From a virus (lineage: Duplodnaviria > Heunggongvirae > Uroviricota > Caudoviricetes): a DNA stretch of 64,000 bases. The stretch covers positions 13,748 to 77,747 of IMG/VR virus record IMGVR_UViG_2574179769_000003; one strand, 5' to 3'. The translations under genes were made by a program, and so were the position numbers. A model generated the notes under the pieces. It had not been told where the DNA came from. It saw nothing but the letters and a program-made list of their open reading frames with translations, and did no database searches. This document shows, piece by piece, positions 31,402 to 40,927 of this stretch (position 1 is its first letter; every line of letters starts with the position of its first letter).

Positions 31402-32279
31402 CTATTTTTCTAATAGTTTGCTAATATCAATCATATTATTATTGCTTCCACTAACAGTTGGTAATTCTCCATCCCATTTTTCAATCCATTGTTCAATTAA
31501 AATTTGATCTGTCAACTGACTTGTCTTAACAGCATTTGCATTTGCTTCGCCTTGAGCTTTAATCAACTTTGTTTCCGCTTCTTTTTGAGCTATTTGCTTG
31601 TTTTGCTCTGCTGTTTCTACATTTTTCTTAGCAACAGCTTCTTGTTTGATTGCATTTTCAATTTCAGCTCCAGCATCCATATCTTTTATGGTTAGATCTT
31701 TAAAGTTACGCCTTCTGAAGCATATTTTTCTTTCAATAAATTACTTGCTTTACCAATAACTTCATTACGTTTGTCACCTAAAATATCAATAATATTATAT
31801 TGAGTACATACTTCTGATAAAGCACTTTGAGCATAGTTGGCAATAATATTTTTATTTAATGCTTCTAACGTCTTATATCCCTTATATACTTTAAACGCAT
31901 CTTTACTAGATACCTGGTATTTAATATTTACTACCATTTCCAAAAATTGAGCATCTGAAGTTTGAACTTTAATTTTTTCTCCTGTTCTTTCTTGGACAGT
32001 TGTATCAATTTCATAAATAGTATCAAATGGTGTTTTAAAGTGTACCCCCTCACCTAAAGTGTTTTCACTAGTTCCACTAAATGAACTATATTTAACGCCA
32101 ACTGTATTTGCTGGAACAACTGCAACACACATTGAACTAATAAATAAAACTAACGGAATTAATGCATATAATCCTCTTTTATTTGGCTTAAATTTTTCTT
32201 CTGTAAAATCAAATAGCCCCCATACAACTAAACTAACAACTGTAATTAATAAAATAGCCTGTAAAGTAAATTTAAACAT
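31402..32279 (-). CDS. SPFH/band-7 (prohibitin/HflC-like) membrane protein; frames joined near 31682..31690
   Basis: N-terminal TM helix then SPFH core (GVKYSSFSG...QERTGEKIKVQTSDAQFLEMVVNIKYQV); the shifted C-terminal fragment FKDLTIKDMDAGAEIENAIKQEAVAKK... is the typical SPFH C-terminal coiled-coil. Confidence 0.6.
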
Positions 32280-32309
32280 TTTTCTTTTCCTCTTCTTTCG
32301 TTTTTTTTA

Positions 32310-32765
32310 TTATCCTAAATAAAGTAAAAATTTATATATATCTTTAGTTACTTTCATTAATTTTAAATCCTTTATTTTTTGACTGTTTTCTATGTAAAGA
32401 TCAACTTGTTTTAAAACAAGTTCATTTGATTTAAGTTCTGGACACACCACTGCCAATACAGTTGGATTGTCTATGATTTCTTTAAAAGTACTGTTTTCAT
32501 AAATCTGATAATTACCCACAGCTATTGATACATCAGACTCAATCTTTTTGTTTTCTTCTATATATATATCTATTTTTTTATCTACATTAAAAACATCAAT
32601 ATAATAGACAATGATATCTAGTATCAAAAATCCAAGGATAATAGCCAATGCAACATTTAATATTGCTCCAGTAAAATATAGTCCTTCATATTTGCAATTC
32701 CGACTTGTTTTTTTAAATAAAATAACCGCCAATATTAACGATATAATAAAGATTAAACTTAACAT
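32310..32765 (-). CDS. hypothetical membrane protein
   Basis: 151 aa with two predicted TM segments. Confidence 0.45.
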   Translation of the reverse strand: MLSLIFIISLILAVILFKKTSRNCKYEGLYFTGAILNVALAIILGFLILDIIVYYIDVFNVDKKIDIYIEENKKIESDVSIAVGNYQIYENSTFKEIIDNPTVLAVVCPELKSNELVLKQVDLYIENSQKIKDLKLMKVTKDIYKFLLYLG

Positions 32766-32855
32766 TTTTTTCCTCTTTCCTGTTTTTTTACAACTCTGCT
32801 TTTAAAACTCTCTTTAAACTGATTAATTACCTTGTTTAATAAAGATGAAATTTTA

Positions 32856-33533
32856 TTAATTTTTATTGCTCAATAATAATCGCAATGCTTCTCGTCCTCT
32901 TGGTGTTACTAATGTTTGAACACCTACAGCTTTGTTGTTTGCATATTCTTTGATCTCAAAATATCCATTTTCCACATGTTTTGCATAAGGTTTGGTATTT
33001 CCTCTTTTATCTTTATAAATATATTTTTTATCATACAAATACTCCATCAACACCTTTTGCTTAACATGAATCTCTTTTGCTGTATCTCTAAAATTTGTTA
33101 GTAAATTTCTGTCAACTAAAGCATCGAAGTATTCTCCTTTGGGCTTTAATTCTTTGTTCTCAAGCATTAGAGCTTCCACTTGTTTTCTAGAAATTTCCAA
33201 AGCTCTATTCATAATAAATTCAGGACTATTTAACTTGGTTTCCATGTTATTGAATGCCTCAATATATTTGAACTTCCACTCTAGAGCCTCTTTCCCAGTA
33301 AATCCCATAGCCAACAATGTGAATCCATCCCTATTCATTGTAAACATTGGGTATTTTTTACCACGATTCTCATACTCACTTTCAAAGAATACTAATTTGG
33401 CTGCCGAATTTTCGGCCACCAAATTTCTTATACTTTCCAATACATGTCTATGTCTTTTTCCAAAGTTTTCTGCAACTTGTAAGCTAGTTACTAACATTTG
33501 ATTATTTTCATATTTAATTATTACTTCGTTCAT
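32856..33533 (-). CDS. Rha-family phage regulatory protein / antirepressor with KilAC-like C-terminus
   Basis: LVTSLQVAENFGKRHRHVLESIRNL...FTMNRDGFTLLAMGFTGKEALEWKFKYIEAFN matches Phage_pRha. Confidence 0.65.
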   Translation of the reverse strand: MNEVIIKYENNQMLVTSLQVAENFGKRHRHVLESIRNLVAENSAAKLVFFESEYENRGKKYPMFTMNRDGFTLLAMGFTGKEALEWKFKYIEAFNNMETKLNSPEFIMNRALEISRKQVEALMLENKELKPKGEYFDALVDRNLLTNFRDTAKEIHVKQKVLMEYLYDKKYIYKDKRGNTKPYAKHVENGYFEIKEYANNKAVGVQTLVTPRGREALRLLLSNKN

Positions 33534-33545
33534 CTGTTCTCTATT

Positions 33546-34334
33546 TTATCCTTTCCAGTCTTCTGGACTTACAATTAAGCCATTAACTCTAAATTTCTGA
33601 TTATCTAAAAATTCATTAATTTGATCAGTTGTTGTACATAAGTATAATGAATTAATAATGTTATCAAATTTTTTGACAATTTGTTTTCTTTCTTCTTTAA
33701 AATCGTTTACCGTTTTCTGTTTCTCATTTTTCTCATCTGTTGTTAGATAACCATCACTATCTAGAAAATTAACTGTGGTTAAAAAATTACTATATGCTAA
33801 CAAGTTGGAAGAATCATTACTACAATCTCTACCTAATAAATTTTGAATATCTTTTTGTAATAATTCTGCGTGTTTTTTAGCTAATTTGTTTACTTCTATT
33901 TGTTTAGTAAGTTCCTCAATTTTCTTACTGTACTCATCTCTAGCAGATGTAATTTTATAATTTTTAACATTCCTAATAATATTTAATGCTAAATCTCTAA
34001 TTCTTTTTAATTCATTGTTTTCCATATTTTTCATCTCTCCTTCTTTATTACTGTATATTTCTAACTGATCTTCTTCAAAGCAAAGACGCCAAAATCTACA
34101 AAAGTTATTTTCAATAATTAGAACATCATATTTATAGATCATTCTCTCATTAAGTCCCCATATATTCATTACTTCACCAATTCCATGCTTTGTTTTTACC
34201 CTATCTCCAGGTTTAAATAATGGTTCGCTAATTGTATTTACTTTAGGAATGTCTTTTCTTAAATTAAATGAAAATATTTTTGTTTGACCATCATAGACTG
34301 TAATATGATCTTTTTTTTCTTTGTCAAACTTCAT
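33546..34334 (-). CDS. hypothetical coiled-coil protein
   Basis: 262 aa ORF. Confidence 0.45.
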   Translation of the reverse strand: MKFDKEKKDHITVYDGQTKIFSFNLRKDIPKVNTISEPLFKPGDRVKTKHGIGEVMNIWGLNERMIYKYDVLIIENNFCRFWRLCFEEDQLEIYSNKEGEMKNMENNELKRIRDLALNIIRNVKNYKITSARDEYSKKIEELTKQIEVNKLAKKHAELLQKDIQNLLGRDCSNDSSNLLAYSNFLTTVNFLDSDGYLTTDEKNEKQKTVNDFKEERKQIVKKFDNIINSLYLCTTTDQINEFLDNQKFRVNGLIVSPEDWKG

Positions 34335-34363
34335 ACAATCTCTCCTTTCGTAAAATCGCTATT

Positions 34364-35155
34364 TTAATTAGTCTGCTCAATCATTGGCAGTATATTATTC
34401 TCTTTTAGTAAGTTATATAAGAACAACCGTCCTTTTTGAGTCCACTTTGTGTTCAATTTAGCATCAGATCGACCATCATTTCTTTTAATAAGAATTGTTT
34501 CAGATTGAGTGTACCCCTTATCTTGGAATTTGCTATATAATAACCATTGCCCCGATTGCTTATATTGAATTTTTAGCTCATTTAAAATTTTATTAAACGC
34601 TTTACCACTCTTTCCATAATCTTTAGCAATTTGAGAAATGGTCACTAATCTATCACTTTTCAAAATAAGATCACAATAATCTACTTTTGGCTTCATTTCA
34701 CAAATTTGTTGAGTTTGAATTCTGTTTTGTAATTCCAATCTTTCATTTTCCTCAACTTGTTCAATTAGTTGGATTAAAGCCTCTTTGTATGTCATAGGTA
34801 AAGCTTTTGGTTTTGCTTCTCTTGATTTAAAATAATGCTCAACTAACGAATCGTACACTTCCCACGCTTTATCAGTATTTAAAGACTTAGCATGAAGAAA
34901 TGCACCTCGCTCTGTCCAAAGGTAAAGTGTTTTGGCGTTTTTTAAACCATCTTGAATTTCAAGACAGTTAACAAAATCCTTTTTTTCTTTCCCCTCAAGT
35001 TTGAAATAATGCTTCTCTTCAACATATCTATCCTTATTGTTATTAAAATTATAAGAAATAATTTTGTTCGTTGTTCCATAACCTTTTGCTAATCTATTTG
35101 TTGTTAAAACTCTTTGGTTTTTATATTCAACAATTTGCAATCCTTCTATAATCAT
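34364..35155 (-). CDS. KilA-N/ORF6N + KilAC-domain antirepressor
   Basis: N-terminus LQIVEYKNQRVLTTNRLAKGYG (ORF6N-like); C-terminus LVTISQIAKDYGKSGKAFNKILNELKIQYKQSGQWLLYSKFQDKGY (KilAC-like). Confidence 0.6.
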   Translation of the reverse strand: MIIEGLQIVEYKNQRVLTTNRLAKGYGTTNKIISYNFNNNKDRYVEEKHYFKLEGKEKKDFVNCLEIQDGLKNAKTLYLWTERGAFLHAKSLNTDKAWEVYDSLVEHYFKSREAKPKALPMTYKEALIQLIEQVEENERLELQNRIQTQQICEMKPKVDYCDLILKSDRLVTISQIAKDYGKSGKAFNKILNELKIQYKQSGQWLLYSKFQDKGYTQSETILIKRNDGRSDAKLNTKWTQKGRLFLYNLLKENNILPMIEQTN

Positions 35156-35170
35156 CTACCTCCTCTTTGT

Positions 35171-35404
35171 TTACCGTGCTTTAATAATACAGAATTGATT
35201 ATCTAACATATCTCTTGGAGTAATGACATATTTACCTCTCAAGCAATCCCTAGAATAGCAATCAATTTCTACATTATTAAACCCGTTACCTTCAATGTCT
35301 TTAATAATATTATCTGTACCAAATAATTTTATCCATTTAGGATTTATGCTTACATTGCCATATCTTCTTAAATTTCTATAAACCCACTCGTCAAACAGCT
35401 TCAC
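35171..35404 (-). CDS. hypothetical protein
   Basis: 77 aa ORF. Confidence 0.35.
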   Translation of the reverse strand: MKLFDEWVYRNLRRYGNVSINPKWIKLFGTDNIIKDIEGNGFNNVEIDCYSRDCLRGKYVITPRDMLDNQFCIIKAR

Positions 35405-35416
35405 TTTTAACTCCTT

Positions 35417-36235
35417 TTAAAATTTTGAACATGTGTTCCAAATTTCTTGTTGAAGTTTAACAACATCATTTTCAAATAACTTACAAGCAATTTCATACAA
35501 CTGAGGAATTTTGTGTAACCCTCTATCCATTTTATTTTTAATTTTTGGTTTAATGTTTTTATATTTATCAGAATCCATCCTCCGATTTAAGTCCATTTTA
35601 TATTTCATTTCAAATTCATGATAAAGCAGATTGTATCTTTCGCTATACTTATCGCTACCTTGTCTAATAATTTGAGTAATTCTTCTACGCTTTTCAGCTA
35701 AGTCAATATCATCAACTAATCCGCCTATTACATCTTCTTTATACATAACTTCCTTTGTTAATTCTTTATTTTCTAACCGTAAATTTTGACGCTCAGTTTC
35801 TTCTTCAATCCATCTCTTAGCTCGTTCAATTGGATTTTCGATCATATAGCTATCTTTAACTGTTCTAATCGAATAATTTCCCGTTTTTCTAATAGTAGGC
35901 AACACATCTTTGGCTACCCAAATTTGAAACTTCTTAGCAATATTATTATTTGCTTTCATAGCTAATAAATAAAATACTGGTTCAGGGATAAAAATGTCTT
36001 CCCCCACAAGTGGGGGAACGCCGAATTCGCTTAAGAAATTTTTAATTCTTTCCCACCTGATACTTGTATATTGTTTACCTTTTTTATTTTGAGTTTGAGT
36101 AAATCCTAATCCTCTAGCAGCATCTTCTAAACTTACTGAAATACTGCCATCATCATTGTACTTTACCCCAATATCCAATCCTAATTCTTTGTTTTTAAAT
36201 ATTTGTAATTCACACAATTCCAAAATTGCCTCCAT
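35417..36235 (-). CDS. Bro-N-domain antirepressor
   Basis: ELQIFKNKELGLDIGV... and FQIWVAKDVLPTIRKTGNY (the Bro-N W...VLPxIRKTG signature). Confidence 0.6.
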   Translation of the reverse strand: MEAILELCELQIFKNKELGLDIGVKYNDDGSISVSLEDAARGLGFTQTQNKKGKQYTSIRWERIKNFLSEFGVPPLVGEDIFIPEPVFYLLAMKANNNIAKKFQIWVAKDVLPTIRKTGNYSIRTVKDSYMIENPIERAKRWIEEETERQNLRLENKELTKEVMYKEDVIGGLVDDIDLAEKRRRITQIIRQGSDKYSERYNLLYHEFEMKYKMDLNRRMDSDKYKNIKPKIKNKMDRGLHKIPQLYEIACKLFENDVVKLQQEIWNTCSKF

Positions 36236-36237
36236 TC

Positions 36238-36630
36238 TTATTCTACAACCTTTAATACATTTGTAATTTCACCATTAAATTTATCTGAGTAATTAAAATC
36301 ACCCCATACATTAATTGCCAATGGATATGTTTCAGCAGCAGTTTCTCTGTTTACTAATACTTCGACCATTGAATTATCTGAACGATGATAGCATCCATTG
36401 ATCGTATCTTTATCGGCTTTTTCATCTAACTTGATAACTTTAAGCTCCCTTTTATTATCAAATTCAATGATAAATTTATCTCCGATGTTTCCGTACTTAC
36501 TCCCTAAGGCAACTCCTATGTATCCATCAATTGAATACAACAATCCATCTTCACCAACATTAATTAATCCACTCTTATTAATTAATTGGTACTGAGGAGA
36601 AGTTTTATCAGTGATTTTTTGGTAAGGCAT
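36238..36630 (-). CDS. hypothetical protein
   Basis: 130 aa ORF. Confidence 0.45.
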   Translation of the reverse strand: MPYQKITDKTSPQYQLINKSGLINVGEDGLLYSIDGYIGVALGSKYGNIGDKFIIEFDNKRELKVIKLDEKADKDTINGCYHRSDNSMVEVLVNRETAAETYPLAINVWGDFNYSDKFNGEITNVLKVVE

Positions 36631-36687
36631 CCATGATTTGTACCAGGATCCAGTTACACATACTCCTAATTTAACAGTTGGGATTCT

Positions 36688-36921
36688 TCAATTAGTTTTT
36701 TCTGAAATTAACTCATTTATTGAATTGATTTCACCAACTAACTTATTTAGCTCGTCTTTTAACCCCTCGTATTCAACTTTATCTTTTTTTAAAGATTCCA
36801 ATTCATGTTTGAGATGTTGATAATTACTAATATCTCTTTGATAATCCAAATAACTAATAAAGCTAGATACTAGCATAATAATCAGAACTGAAATTCCACC
36901 AATTATATATTTAAATTTCAT
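36688..36921 (-). CDS. small membrane/coiled-coil protein
   Basis: 77 aa; one N-terminal TM helix followed by a charged coiled-coil. Confidence 0.4.
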   Translation of the reverse strand: MKFKYIIGGISVLIIMLVSSFISYLDYQRDISNYQHLKHELESLKKDKVEYEGLKDELNKLVGEINSINELISEKTN

Positions 36922-36974
36922 AGTTCTCTCCTTTTTTATTTGAAGTCTTATTGGCCAAATATTTCTTCGCTGAT

Positions 36975-37030
36975 GTTCATTCGTGGAATCGAACCACCAT
37001 AGATTTAATCTACTGCACCTAACATGAACA
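36975..37030 (-). other. tRNA-like element, ~58 nt, lacking one arm (acceptor + single arm + T-arm); degenerate tRNA or att-site remnant
   Basis: Minus-strand reading: acceptor TGTTCAT/ATGAACA (7 bp) with T-arm GGTGG-TTCGATT-CCACG; only 25 nt lie between the acceptor and T stem; no CCA. Confidence 0.3.
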
Positions 37031-37486
37031 TTTTATGATGATTAATACACGTTCTGTGATTTTATGGTACTCATAGTTTTAATCATCATGATTGACAACA
37101 AATTAATAAGGGGGCTATCAATTTATTGTCAGATTTGTTAATCTCAACTACAGTGTGAGCTAACTCAATATAGCTGGTGGGGCGATTGTTCCCACATCTC
37201 ATCGGATATTACAAAATACCCTAACTTTACATATTGCTATGTGTGATAGCCATCTTTCTATCCTCAGCTACTTTGATTGATAAAACAGTCTACCCAAACA
37301 TTTACAGCATTATGTCTATAATGTTTCTTCACTTACTGTCATGTACATGGTTTAATCCATTAGCTTCCCTTGGCAAACTTGTCTAGAATTATTTACCAAG
37401 ATAGTACCCCTAATCAATTAATAGCTACCAATCAAAACTATTAGTTGATTTCAAATATTTTTTTTTGAGATGAGTTTTTGCAATTA

Positions 37487-37550
37487 CAAGGAGTTGAACC
37501 TTGTTATAGTGGAAGAACTATAGCTGCCTGCAATTGCACATTGTTAAGTA
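37487..37550 (-). other. tRNA-like element, ~60 nt, lacking one arm
   Basis: Minus-strand reading: acceptor TGCAATT/AATTGCA, T-arm CAAGG-TTCAACT-CCTTG, one internal hairpin TATAG/CTATA; too short for a canonical tRNA. Confidence 0.3.
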
Positions 37551-37617
37551 TCATTCAAGAATGGGAAGAAATTCACTGAACAATACTTAACTATCAATAA
37601 AAGAAAGGATTAATAGT

Positions 37618-37690
37618 GCCCTAGAAGAATCGAACTCCTACGAAAACCGTTGAACACATAGTCAGTCACTTTGCTAAGTGACATCTTGTA
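37618..37690 (-). other. tRNA-like fragment (T-arm AGGAG-TTCGATT-CTTCT + AGGGCAC 3' acceptor strand) with no matching 5' acceptor strand; overlaps a copy of the repeated GCTAAGTGAC motif
   Basis: T-arm consensus is present but the complementary 5' acceptor strand GTGCCCT is not found upstream. Confidence 0.25.
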
Positions 37691-37697
37691 TTAAAAA

Positions 37698-37774
37698 TAT
37701 GGTGGACGTTATCGGATTTGAACCGATCAACTGAGAATTATGAGTTCTCTGCTCTAACCTATTGAGCTAAACGT
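37698..37774 (-). tRNA. tRNA-Met (anticodon CAU; elongator or Ile2-type), CCA encoded
   Basis: Hand-folded cloverleaf: acceptor GGACGTT/AACGTCC, D-arm GCTC-AATAGGTTA-GAGC, anticodon arm GAGAA-CTCATAA-TTCTC, T-arm ATCGG-TTCAAAT-CCGAT, discriminator A, CCA. Confidence 0.8.
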
Positions 37775-37802
37775 CCAAATTGTAGAAAATAATTTCTACA
37801 AA

Positions 37803-38066
37803 CTATTTCTTTTTAAATACAACTCTATGTTCAATTAAATTGCCATTTGTTAAATCGAATATAATTTTCAATGAATTGTTACTTGATTTAACAAAAATTT
37901 CATTCAATGTATCTTTATTTACATCATGTTTATTTAACAAATCTTGTAATGAAAGAAATGTTAACTTTTGCCTAAAACTACTTGTTCCATTAGTAAATCT
38001 ATATGTATTGTCCTTAATGTTATTATTGTCAGCATATATTCTTTTTATATCTTTAAGATTGATCAA
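37803..38066 (-). CDS. hypothetical protein
   Basis: 87 aa ORF. Confidence 0.35.
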   Translation of the reverse strand: MINLKDIKRIYADNNNIKDNTYRFTNGTSSFRQKLTFLSLQDLLNKHDVNKDTLNEIFVKSSNNSLKIIFDLTNGNLIEHRVVFKKK

Positions 38067-38134
38067 AATTTTTTTCCTCCTATATCATTTTACTTTGCTA
38101 AGTGACGCTATACTTTTGAATAATAATCAAGGTT

Positions 38135-38848
38135 TTATTTGCCTTGATTATTATAATAATCTTCTATCAGGTTTCTATAAGTTATTTCCCAATAGAAACC
38201 TGAATTTTTGTACCCTTCATTTTCAAAAGGGTCTCTATCTTTTCGTTGTTTTACTTTGTTTTTCTGAAAGTTTTCTTCTTTCAAATTGGAGCAAACAAAA
38301 TTTACGATACCTGATATTCTAAGTTCATCTATTGAACACTTAAACAAATTAGCGACATCATCTCTTATAAATCTACCAATAGATTTTCTTAAATAATTCT
38401 CGTATTGAGAATCGTTTTCAAATTTTTTTGACACATTATTTATGTGTACTGTTTTAAATATATAGTCTTTATAGCACTTCAAAGGAAATGCTTTGTACCC
38501 ACTATATCTTGTATGAACAAACTCTAAAGACTTAAGAATTTCTACAAGATTTCTAGATACAGCTATTTCATTTTCGTCTATTTCTAAAGTTATATTTTTT
38601 TTAAAATATTCACCATCTCCTAGCATAACAAGCTCATTTTTTTTAATAATTGATGATTTTCTTATTTTAGAAATGGTTTTCAACTCTAAACCCTCATATA
38701 ATGCTAACAATATTGCCTTTTTCTCATTTGACAAATTGCTATTTTCTAATACCTTATAAAACCTTGAGTCTGATATAAATTTTATACCATCCTCAATTAT
38801 ATTGCCATATTCAAATCTTTTATCGTACTGTATGTAATTGAGTTCCAT
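38135..38848 (-). CDS. hypothetical protein
   Basis: 237 aa ORF. Confidence 0.45.
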   Translation of the reverse strand: MELNYIQYDKRFEYGNIIEDGIKFISDSRFYKVLENSNLSNEKKAILLALYEGLELKTISKIRKSSIIKKNELVMLGDGEYFKKNITLEIDENEIAVSRNLVEILKSLEFVHTRYSGYKAFPLKCYKDYIFKTVHINNVSKKFENDSQYENYLRKSIGRFIRDDVANLFKCSIDELRISGIVNFVCSNLKEENFQKNKVKQRKDRDPFENEGYKNSGFYWEITYRNLIEDYYNNQGK

Positions 38849-38883
38849 TTCTCCTTGAATAACTAAATAAGAGAAATATTTGT

Positions 38884-39117
38884 TTAAAAGGATCTGAAAG
38901 TTTTTTTTGTTCCCCTATTGTAGTTTTCCATACATTCTAATAACTCATCTGGAGTAAAATGACTTATTTTTTTTCCAACAAGCATTTCAAACTTGTTTAC
39001 TATTTTTGTATATATAGAAAAATACTCATTGTCTTTATTAAAATCAGGGTTATCTTCCAAAATATATTGAACATAATTATCAAAATTAGTTATATAATCT
39101 TTCTTCATTTTGTCCAT
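38884..39117 (-). CDS. hypothetical protein
   Basis: 77 aa ORF downstream of a consensus promoter. Confidence 0.4.
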   Translation of the reverse strand: MDKMKKDYITNFDNYVQYILEDNPDFNKDNEYFSIYTKIVNKFEMLVGKKISHFTPDELLECMENYNRGTKKTFRSF

Positions 39118-39131
39118 CTCCTTTCGTCAAT

Positions 39132-39161
39132 ATAATAGCACACAATACAACTTGATGTCAA
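39132..39161 (-). promoter_or_regulatory. sigma-70-type promoter (TTGACA-18-TATTAT) inside a copy of the GCTAGTTGACATCAA repeat
   Basis: Minus-strand reading: TTGACA 39161..39156, TATTAT 39137..39132. Confidence 0.55.
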
Positions 39162-39179
39162 CTAGCAAAGTAAAATTTT

Positions 39180-40161
39180 TTACATTTTTAACAAAACCTG
39201 TTTAGAATCGCTTGTACCATGAGTATAAACATTCATAGTTACAGTTGATCCTAAAGAATGCCCACACTGCTCTTGTACAAAAGCCAAATCCTTAGTTGTT
39301 CTATATAGTTCGCTCGTGTAAAAATGTCGCAGCATATGTGGAGTAATGGTGCCTTGAGAATATTTTTTAAAAGCCTTAATAATATTATCCTCTTTAATTC
39401 TATCACCACTTCTTGTTAGAAATAATGCATCACATTTTGGACTTAAATAACTTCTGTATTTAAGCCACTCTTGAATAGCATCAGAAGCAGATTTTGACAT
39501 ATAAACCACTTCGTATTCTTCTTTGATGTAAGAGCCTTTCCTTAACACATCAATATAAGGTAAGTCTTCATCTAAATGCACGTCGTTCAAATCTAGTCCA
39601 CACAACTCAACTTCTCTCAAACCTGTTCCTTTTAGAACTTGGTATATCGAAAAGTATTTATTTTTTGATATTAAATTAGGAATTTTTTTTCAAGTTATTT
39701 TCTAACATAATTAAATCTTCTGTTTTGGGCAACTTGTTTGAATTTTTTTTATGTTTAGTTTTACATACAACTGTAACACTCCTTTTTATTGGAGTATTCT
39801 CAATTATTCTTTCTTCAACAAGGTAATTGAAGAAAGATGCTAATTGATTTATTTTAGTGTTTACTGTAGAATGCTTATACTTCTTTACTTCTATTAAATA
39901 AATCAGATATTCTCTTACAGTTCCTGGTGTTACAATATTAATATCATCAAAACTGTCTATAACATTCTTTTCCAAACACCATTGAATAAAATTATTGATA
40001 GTGCTTAGATAATTTAACAATGCCTGATTACTTCTTACAGTACTATTGTTAAAATAATTTGCAAACTGTTTTGGAAATTTATACTGATTAAGCAATTTAT
40101 TTAATTTAGTTTTATTTTGTAGTTGCTTTTCATCTTTATACATATTTATATTCCTTTCCAC
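39180..40161 (-). CDS. tyrosine recombinase/integrase (SAM-like N-domain + catalytic domain; frames joined across an A8 run at 39683..39690)
   Basis: C-terminal ORF has ITPHMLRHFYTS (HxxR) and CGHSLGSTVTMNVYTH (catalytic Tyr); the N-terminal ORF 39676..40161 resembles the Phage_int_SAM domain. Confidence 0.7.
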
Positions 40162-40166
40162 ATAAT

Positions 40167-40484
40167 TTATTTTTCTGCAAACTTATGTATTTCCTTATAA
40201 ATTAGAGTTTTTTCTAATTTTCCCAATTCTAATTCAGTTTTATTTCCATCTATTATCAAGTAGTATTTTAATTTGTTTCCCTGTTTTAAAACACTTAATA
40301 ATACTTTTTCTGCTTTAAAGACTTTATTTCCCAAATCTTTGTTAGTTAAAACATTTTTCATTCTATTGTTTCTTAATAGAATTACGATCCCTTCTTTATC
40401 ATATTTAACACATTTACCAATAATATCTCTGCAAAATGTTTTAAATACTCTTACATCATATTTGTTTAATAATTCACAATTCAT
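40167..40484 (-). CDS. hypothetical protein
   Basis: 105 aa ORF. Confidence 0.4.
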   Translation of the reverse strand: MNCELLNKYDVRVFKTFCRDIIGKCVKYDKEGIVILLRNNRMKNVLTNKDLGNKVFKAEKVLLSVLKQGNKLKYYLIIDGNKTELELGKLEKTLIYKEIHKFAEK

Positions 40485-40595
40485 TTTAACTTCCCCCTGA
40501 TTATTCTATTTTTTATTTACTTTACGTATAAAAAACTTATTATAAACCAATAATAGAATTGTCAATAATATTTATATTTTTTATTATTGATTAAC

Positions 40596-40645
40596 GGACT
40601 AAACAAGGGAGTTGTCGAAGGTTTCTGTTTAGTCCTTTTTTGTTT
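40596..40645 (+). terminator. Rho-independent terminator-like hairpin (10-bp stem GGACTAAACA/TGTTTAGTCC, 20-nt loop, T6 tail), oriented for plus-strand transcripts
   Basis: Perfect stem followed by TTTTTTGTTTT on the plus strand; there is no plus-strand gene upstream. Confidence 0.5.
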
Positions 40646-40927
40646 TCCTCTTTGCTGATAAAACAAAGATGGTAAAGCAACTAACTTAACAATACCCTTA
40701 TTCATTTTATTAGTAAAGAGGAATAGCGTATAATATCATTTTATATACGTGAAATACATATTTATAACAAATATTTAACTAATTAAGAATAATACAAGGT
40801 ATAAAAAAGTTTCTTTATTCAATAACGTAAATATATTCATTTATTTCACCTCCCATATTCAAATTTTAACATAATTCTTATTTTTTTCATTATTCTGGGA
40901 AAATTTCCCATATTTAGGGAAGATTTT

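Noticed and set aside
36975-37030. Calling the armless tRNA-like elements as bona fide tRNA genes
   Set aside because: Lengths (~58-60 nt) and missing D- or anticodon-arm are incompatible with canonical bacterial tRNAs; kept only as 'other' with low confidence.
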